Assembly (NCBI GenBank): GCA_964057225.1
Contig: OZ059898.1
Coordinates: 21,328,001-21,392,000, forward strand
Reading direction: 5' to 3'
Source of the DNA: Auanema rhodensis
Taxonomy: Eukaryota; Animalia; Nematoda
Length of the DNA: 64,000 nt
The notes below the pieces were generated by a model. It was not told where the DNA came from and did no database searches. It saw nothing but the letters and a program-made list of their open reading frames with translations. Positions 57,901 to 64,000 of the stretch are shown here, piece by piece; the stretch's first letter is position 1; each line of letters starts with the position of its first letter. The position numbers and the translations under genes are program-made.

Positions 57901-59940
57901 CATGGTAACCATGACTTTGAAATTTACGTGAACTTTAATTTATGCTAATTAAATGTACACGTGATGTGCACTTGGTATGTAACCCGCTTCACGTGAAAGA
58001 TAAAGAGATGCGGTTTTCAAAATTAGATTCCTCATGTCCATATTAGTCTAAAAACAAATTTTAATTGATATTGGTTCATGGTAACCATGACTTTGAAATT
58101 TACGTGAACTTTAATTTATGCTAATTAAATGTACACGTGATGTGCACTTGGTATGTAACTCGCTTCACTTGAAAGATAAAGAGATGCGGTTTTCAAAATT
58201 AGATTTCCCATGTCCATATTAGTCTAAAAACAAATTTTTATTGATATTGGTTCATGGTAACCATGACTTTGAAATTTACGTGAACTTTGATTTATGCTAA
58301 TTAAATGTACACGTGATGTGCACTTGGTATGTAACCCGCTTCACGTGAAAGATAAAGAGATGCGGTTTTCAAAATTAGATTCCCCATGTCCATATTAGTC
58401 TAAAAACAAATTTTTATTGATATTGGTGCATGGTAACCATGACTTTGAAATTTACGTGAACTTTAATTTATGCTAATTAAATGTACACGTGATGTGCACT
58501 TGGTATGTAACTCGCTTCACGTGAAAGATAAAGAGATGCGGTTTTCGAAATTAGATTCCTCATGTCCATATTAGTCTAAAAACAAATTTTTATTGATATT
58601 GGTTCATGGTAACCATGACTTTGAAATTTACGTGAACTTTAATTTATGCTAATTAAATGTACACGTGATGTGCACTTGGTATGTAACTCGCTTCACGTGA
58701 AAGATAAAGAGATGCGGTTTTCAAAATTAGATTCCCCATGTCCATATTAGTCTAAAAACAAATTTTTATTGATATTGGTGCATGGTAACCATGACTTTGA
58801 AATTTACGTGAACTTTAATTTATGCTAATTAAATGTACACGTGATGTGCACTTGGTATGTAACTCGCTTCACGTGAAAGATAAAGAGATGCGGTTTTCAA
58901 AATTAGATTCCCTATGTCCATATTAGTCTAAAAACAAATTTTTATCGATATAGGTTCATGGTAACCATGACTTTGAAATTTACGTGAACTTTAATTTATG
59001 CTAATTAAATGTACACGTGATGTGCACTTGGTATGTAACTCGCTTCACGTGAAAGATAAAGAGATGCGGTTTTCAAAATTAGATTCCCCATGTCCATATT
59101 AGTCTAAAAACAAATTTTTATTGATATTGGTGCATGGTAACCATGACTTTGAAATTTACGTGAACTTTAATTTATGCTAATTAAATGTACACGTGATGTG
59201 CACTTGGTATGTAACTCGCTTCACGTGAAAGATGAAGAGATGCGGTTTTCAAAATTAGATTCCCTATGTCCATATTAGTCTAAAAACAAATTTTTATCGA
59301 TATTGGTTCATGGTAACCATGACTTTGAAATTTACGTGAACTTTAATTTATGCTAATTAAATGTACACGTGATGTGCACTTGGTATGTAACTCGCTTCAC
59401 GTGAAAGATAAAGAGATGGGGTTTTCAAAATTAGATTCCCCATGTCCATATTAGTCTAAAAACGAATTTTTATCGATATTGGTTCATGGTAACCATGACT
59501 TTGAAATTTACGTGAACTTTAATTTATGCTAATTGAATGTACACGTGATGTGCACTTGGTATGTAACTCGCTTCACGTGAAAGATAAAGAGATGGGGTTT
59601 TCAAAATTAGATTCCCCATGTCCATATTAGTCTAAAAACAAATTTTTATCGATATTGGTTCATGGTAACCATGACTTTGAAATTTACGTGAACTTTAATT
59701 TATGCTAATTAAATGTACACGTGATGTGCACTTGGTATGTAACTCGCTTCACGTGAAAGATAAAGAGATGCGGTTTTCAAAATTAGATTCCCTATGTCCA
59801 TATTAGTCTAAAAACAAATTTTTATCGATATTGGTTCATGGTAACCATGACTTTGAAATTTACGTGAACTTTAATTTATGCTAATTAAATGTACACGTGA
59901 TGTGCACTTGATATGTAACTCGCTTCACGTGAAAGATAAA
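55000..59940 (+). repeat. Duplicated ~11-monomer block at 17-monomer (2992 bp) spacing
   Basis: ttttaattg at 55071/58063, atcgatatagg at ~55953/58945, aaaacgaatt at ~56471/59463, cacttgata at 56919/59911. Edges approximate. Confidence 0.85.
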
Positions 59941-62900
59941 GAGATGCGGTTTTCGAAATTAGATTCCTCATGTCCATATTAGTCTAAAAACAAATTTTTA
60001 TTGATATTGGTTCATGGTAACCATGACTTTGAAATTTACGTGAACTTTAATTTATGCTAATTAAATGTACACGTGATGTGCACTTGGTATGTAACTCGCT
60101 TCACGTGAAAGATAAAGAGATGCGGTTTTCAAAATTAGATTCCCTATGTCCATATTAGTCTAAAAACAAATTTTTATTGATATTGGTGCATGGTAACCAT
60201 GACTTTGAAATTTACGTGAACTTTAATTTATGCTAATTAAATGTACACGTAATGTGCACTTGGTATGTAACTCGCTTCACGTGAAAGATAAAGAGATGCG
60301 GTTTTCAAAATTAGATTCCCTATGTCCATATTAGTCTAAAAACAAATTTTTATCGATATTGGTTCATGGTAACCATGACTTTGAAATTTACGTGAACTTT
60401 AATTTATGCTAATTAAATGTACACGTGATGTGCACTTGGTATGTAACTCGCTTCACGTGAAAGATAAAGAGATGCGGTTTTCAAAATTAGATTCCCCATG
60501 TCCATATTAGTCTAAAAACAAATTTTTATTGATATTGGTGCATGGTAACCATGACTTTGAAATTTACGTGAACTTTAATTTATGCTAATTAAATGTACAC
60601 GTGATGTGCACTTGGTATGTAACTCGCTTCACGTGAAAGATAAAGAGATGCGGTTTTCAAAATTAGATTCCCCATGTCCATATTAGTCTAAAAACAAATT
60701 TTTATCGATATTGGTTCATGGTAACCATGACTTTGAAATTTACGTGAACTTTAATTTATGCTAATTAAATGTACACGTGATGTGCACTTGGTATGTAACT
60801 CGCTTCACTTGAAAGATAAAGAGATGCGGTTTTCAAAATTAGATTCCTCATGTCCATATTAGTCTAAAAACAAATTTTTATTGATATTGGTGCATGGTAA
60901 CCATGACTTTGAAATTTACGTGAACTTTAATTTATGCTAATTAAATGTACACGTGATGTGCACTTGGTATGTAACTCGCTTCACGTGAAAGATAAAGAGA
61001 TGCGGTTTTCAAAATTAGATTCCCTATGTCCATATTAGTCTAAAAACAAATTTTTATCGATATTGGTTCATGGTAACCATGACTTTGAAATTTACGTGAA
61101 CTTTAATTTATGCTAATTAAATGTACACGTGATGTGCACTTGGTATGTAACTCGCTTCACGTGAAAGATAAAGAGATGGGGTTTTCAAAATTAGATTCCC
61201 CATGTCCATATTAGTCTAAAAACGAATTTTTATCGATATTGGTTCATGGTAACCATGACTTTGAAATTTACGTGAACTTTAATTTATGCTAATTGAATGT
61301 ACACGTGATGTGCACTTGGTATGTAACTCGCTTCACGTGAAAGATAAAGAGATGGGGTTTTCAAAATTAGATTCCCCATGTCCATATTAGTCTAAAAACA
61401 AATTTTTATCGATATTGGTTCATGGTAACCATGACTTTGAAATTTACGTGAACTTTAATTTATGCTAATTAAATGTACACGTGATGTGCACTTGGTATGT
61501 AACTCGCTTCACGTGAAAGATAAAGAGATGGGGTTTTCAAAATTAGATTCCCCATGTCCATATTAGTCTAAAAACAAATTTTTATCGATATTGGTGCATG
61601 GTAACCATGACTTTGAAATTTACGTGAACTTTAATTTATGCTAATTAAATGTACACGTGATGTGCACTTGGTATGTAACTCGCTTCACGTGAAAGATAAA
61701 GAGATGCGGTTTTCAAAATTAGATTCCCCATGTCCATATTAGTCTAAAAACAAATTTTTATTGATATTGGTGCATGGTAACCATGACTTTGAAATTTACG
61801 TGAACTTTAATTTATGCTAATTAAATGTACACGTGATGTGCACTTGGTATGTAACTCGCTTCACGTGAAAGATAAAGAGATGCGGTTTTCAAAATTAGAT
61901 TCCCCATGTCCATATTAGTCTAAAAACAAATTTTTATTGATATTGGTGCATGGTAACCATGACTTTGAAATTTACGTGAACTTTAATTTATGCTAATTAA
62001 ATGTACACGTGATGTGCACTTGGTATGTAACTCGCTTCACGTGAAAGATAAAGAGATGCGGTTTTCAAAATTAGATTCCCCATGTCCATATTAGTCTAAA
62101 AACAAATTTTTATCGATATTGGTTCATGGTAACCATGACTTTGAAATTTACGTGAACTTTAATTTATGCTAGTTAAATGTACACGTGATGTGCACTTGGT
62201 ATGTAACTCGCTTCACTTGAAAGATAAAGAGATGCGGTTTTCAAAATTAGATTCCTCATGTCCATATTAGTCTAAAAACAAATTTTTATTGATATTGGTG
62301 CATGGTAACCATGACTTTGAAATTTACGTGAAATTTAATTTATGCTAATTAAATGTACACGTGATGTGCACTTGGTATGTAACTCGCTTCACGTGAAAGA
62401 TAAAGAGATGCGGTTTTCAAAATTAGATTCCCCATGTCCATATTAGTCTAAAAACGAATTTTTATTGATATTGGTGCATGGTAACCATGACTTTGAAATT
62501 TACGTGAACTTTGATTTATGCTAATTAAATGTACACGTGATGTGCACTTGGTATGTAACTCGCTTCACGTGAAAGACAAAGAGATGCGGTTTTCAAAATT
62601 AGATTCCCCATGTCCATATTAGTCTAAAAACAAATTTTTATTGATATTGGTGCATGGTAACCATGACTTTGAAATTTACGTGAACTTTAATTTATGCTAA
62701 TTAAATGTACACGTGATGTGCACTTGGTATGTAACCCGCTTCACGTGAAAGATAAAGAGATGCGGTTTTCAAAATTAGATTCCTCATGTCCATATTAGTC
62801 TAAAAACAAATTTTAATTGATATTGGTTCATGGTAACCATGACTTTGAAATTTACGTGAACTTTAATTTATGCTAATTAAATGTACACGTGATGTGCACT

Positions 62901-64000
62901 TGGTATGTAACTCGCTTCACTTGAAAGATAAAGAGATGCGGTTTTCAAAATTAGATTCCCCATGTCCATATTAGTCTAAAAAAAAATTTTTATTGATATT
63001 GGAGCATGGTAACCATGACTTTGAAATTTACGTGAAATTTAATTTATGCTAATTAAATGTACACGTGATGTGCACTTGGTATGTAACTCGCTTCACGTGA
63101 AAGATAAAGAGATGCGGTTTTCAAAATTAGATTCCCCATGTCCATATTAGTCTAAAAACAAATTTTTATCGATATTGGTTCATGGTAACCATGACTTTGA
63201 AATTTACGTGAACTTTAATTTATGCTAATTAAATGTACACGTGATGTGCACTTGGTATGTAAATCGCTTCACGTGAAAGATAAAGAGATGCGGTTTTCAA
63301 AATTAGATTCCCCATGTCCATATTAGTCTAAAAACAAATTTTTATTGATATTGGTTCATGGTAACCATGACTTTGAAATTTACGTGAACTTTGATTTATG
63401 CTAATTAAATGTACACGTGATGTGCACTTGGTATGTAACTCGCTTCACGTGAAAGATAAAGAGATGCGGTTTTCAAAATTAGATTTCCCATGTCCATATT
63501 AGTCTAAAATCAAATTTTTATTGATATTGGTTCATGGTAACCATGACTTTGAAATTTACGTGAACTTTAATTTATGCTAATTAAATGTACACGTGATGTG
63601 CACTTGGTATGTAACTCGCTTCACGTGAAAGATAAAGAGATGCGGTTTTCAAAATTAGATTCCTCATGTCCATATTAGTCTAAAAACAAATCTTTATTGA
63701 TATTGGTGCATGGTAACCATGACTTTGAAATTTACGTGAACTTTAATTTATGCTAATTAAATGTACACGTGATGTGCACTTGGTATGTAACTCGCTTCAC
63801 GTGAAATATAAAGAGATGCGGTTTTCAAAATTAGATTCCCCATGTCCATATTAGTCTAAAAACAAATTTTTATTGATATTGGTTCATGGTAACCATGACT
63901 TTGAAATTTACGTGAACTTTAATTTATGCTAATTAAATGTACACGTGATGTGCACTTGGTATGTAACTCGCTTCACGTGAAAGATAAAGAGATGCGGTTT

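Larger units (their letters stand above)
40971..64000 (+). repeat. 176-bp satellite array, forward block 2 (~131 monomers; indels at ~45503, 46089 and ~54847)
   Basis: Forward monomer resumes at caaatttttattgatattggtgcatgg (40971) and continues to the window end. Register shifts are -4, +20 and -4 bp. Confidence 0.99.

Noticed and set aside
1-64000. CRISPR array or other repeat-spacer system
   Set aside because: There are no unique spacers, since the full 176 bp repeats head to tail, and there are no cas or other genes.
1-64000. SNP pattern across monomers as an encoded message or programmed diversification
   Set aside because: The variant order is explained by ordinary nested tandem duplications and monomer-unit indels.

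Overview
The whole 64 kb is one highly homogeneous, AT-rich (~32% GC) tandem satellite array with a 176-bp monomer (~363 copies). Monomer size and homogeneity are typical of eukaryotic centromeric or pericentromeric heterochromatin, but I cannot assign the organism or a named satellite family from the sequence. I found no genes, RNA genes, transposons or CRISPR arrays, and the single listed ORF is a chance product of an inversion junction. The first 35.6 kb (202.5 monomers) keep perfect 176-bp register. The main structural feature is a complex rearrangement at 35.6-46.1 kb. A 5.3-kb block (35642-40972) is inverted, bounded by 3-bp and 2-bp microhomologies, and contains an internal 44-bp out-of-register switch. 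Diagnostic SNPs show it is an inverted copy of a ~5-kb cassette that also occurs twice in forward orientation (40971-46088 and 49917-55432). This produces a ~9.6-kb quasi-palindrome centred near 40.9 kb, followed by a blunt +20-bp junction at 46088/46089. Shared variants also reveal local higher-order duplications of 3, 4, 6, 9, 14, 15 and 17 monomers and long-range paralogous blocks. The monomer is rich in short dyads and carries three regularly spaced ACGTGA cores. All variant tracking was done by eye, so block edges other than the four junctions are approximate.
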